A stretch of 64,000 nt of DNA from Amphiscolops sp. MND2022. Its lineage: Eukaryota. The notes under the pieces were generated by a model. It saw only the letters and a list, made by a program, of their open reading frames with translations, searched no databases and had not been told where the DNA came from. Location of the stretch: contig OZ076412.1 of NCBI GenBank assembly GCA_964187785.1, positions 33,232,001-33,296,000 of the forward strand, given 5' to 3'. Shown here piece after piece: positions 63,123 to 64,000 of this stretch (position 1 is the first letter of the stretch; each line of letters starts with the position of its first letter). The position numbers and the translations under genes are program-made.

Positions 63123-63967
63123 ATGGCCAAGCGATTCCCACAAGACTTTCAAGGCGCCGCGCCCCAAGGAATAGAAATAGTATGCCTGTCTAGCGACGAT
63201 GAAGAAGAAATGGACGACCGTAGAAGAACGTCCGCATTAGACCTATAACTGTCATCAGAAGATGAAGAATACGACGATGAAATCATGATTGTGGCCCAAT
63301 GTGTTGAATATGAAATATTAGCACCCATTCCCGTCCCTGGTTCATCAACATCAAAAACTGGGAGTACCAATTTGGAAAATAGGCCTTCAAGTTGCGAGAC
63401 GCCTCAGCCAGATAAAAGCCTGTAGCCTAATTTTGATCAATTCTTCTTTCCTCTGGGGAAGGAAAACGGTCCAATACGGCGGGACGACCGTATACGAAAT
63501 AATCACCCAATAAAAATGTGCAGTGAACTTGTTCCCATGGTAGACACTCCCATATCACCGCCACCCGATTATAAAGGACCGTCCTATATTTATTTCCCAA
63601 ATTACACTGTATATACGGAGCCACAGCAGTCCTTGGATACAATTACAAACCATTTCCAAGGGTTGGAATTTAATGGAAATGGCCCACTGGCGAGTGGCTC
63701 AGACTGCGTGATTTGTGGAAAATCAACAATTCAAATTCAACGTGAAGCAGTATCCGATTATTTGGACAAGACGGTTGTTCCGGCAGAAACAGCATTACAG
63801 GCCTAAGCGCGCAAGAGAGCCTTTATAGAGGGAATGCAAGTTGGTAGTTCTTATTGCTACCTGCGGGAGTGTCAAAGGCAGCCGCCTGTGATGGCAACCT
63901 CTACCTCATCGACCAAAGTGTACATATGGCCCTACGCGGCACATTGCCAACAGGATCGCAATTGTAA
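63123..63967 (+). pseudogene. Accessory sense ORF of element B (SIM-like motifs plus CxxC domain), crosses the PPT into the LTR
   Basis: MAKRF..IEIVCLSSDDEEE..LDL*LSSEDEE..; CVICGKSTIQIQREAVSDYL..RKRAFIEGM..AGVSKAAACDG. In-frame stops and a late frameshift. Confidence 0.75.
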
Positions 63968-64000
63968 ACAAGTTTGAAAAAATTCTTTGTACTTCTGGTT
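63870..64000 (+). repeat. Start of element B's 3' LTR
   Basis: TGTCAAAGGCAGCCGCC.. after TGCGGGAG; homologous to 47617-47747. Confidence 0.85.

Larger units (their letters stand above)
43052..64000 (+). mobile_element. Degraded Ty3/Gypsy element 'B', related to A, with the same accessory cassette; runs off-window in its 3' LTR
   Basis: 5' LTR 43052-44392 (duplicate 47617-49148), PBS, gag-pol remnants to ~55290, 3' LTR from 63870 about 84% identical over 131 bp by hand count. Confidence 0.88.

Overview
Eukaryotic (animal-like, AT-rich, intron-bearing) window made almost entirely of nested transposons. It holds four Ty3/Gypsy LTR retrotransposons. Element C (1-~8560, +) is truncated and has a long accessory region after integrase. 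Element D (12781-~35138, +) is Mag-like with 81-bp LTRs. Element A (18427-35126, -) is 16.7 kb with about 99% identical 1675-bp LTRs and is inserted into D's 3' LTR with TSD TACCT. Element B (43052->64000, +) is older and degraded. There are also several non-autonomous TIR elements, two 4-5 kb tandem duplications, one duplicated host exon (TIL domain) and a 200-N scaffold gap. Main discovery: the divergent elements A and B share an extra two-gene cassette between pol and the 3' LTR. One gene is antisense and intron-containing and encodes a BED-type Zn finger plus an apparently catalytically dead hAT-transposase-like body, with an intron position conserved between A and B. The other is a divergently oriented sense ORF with SUMO-interacting-like motifs and a CxxC domain that runs through the PPT into the LTR. 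Element A also has three arrays of a CG(C/T)AT motif with 32/33-bp periodicity. Element C instead carries degenerate TARG1/OARD1-like macrodomain and SGNH-hydrolase-like ORFs. I found no rRNA, tRNA or CRISPR. All domain calls are by-eye motif alignments, not database results, and all identities are hand counts.
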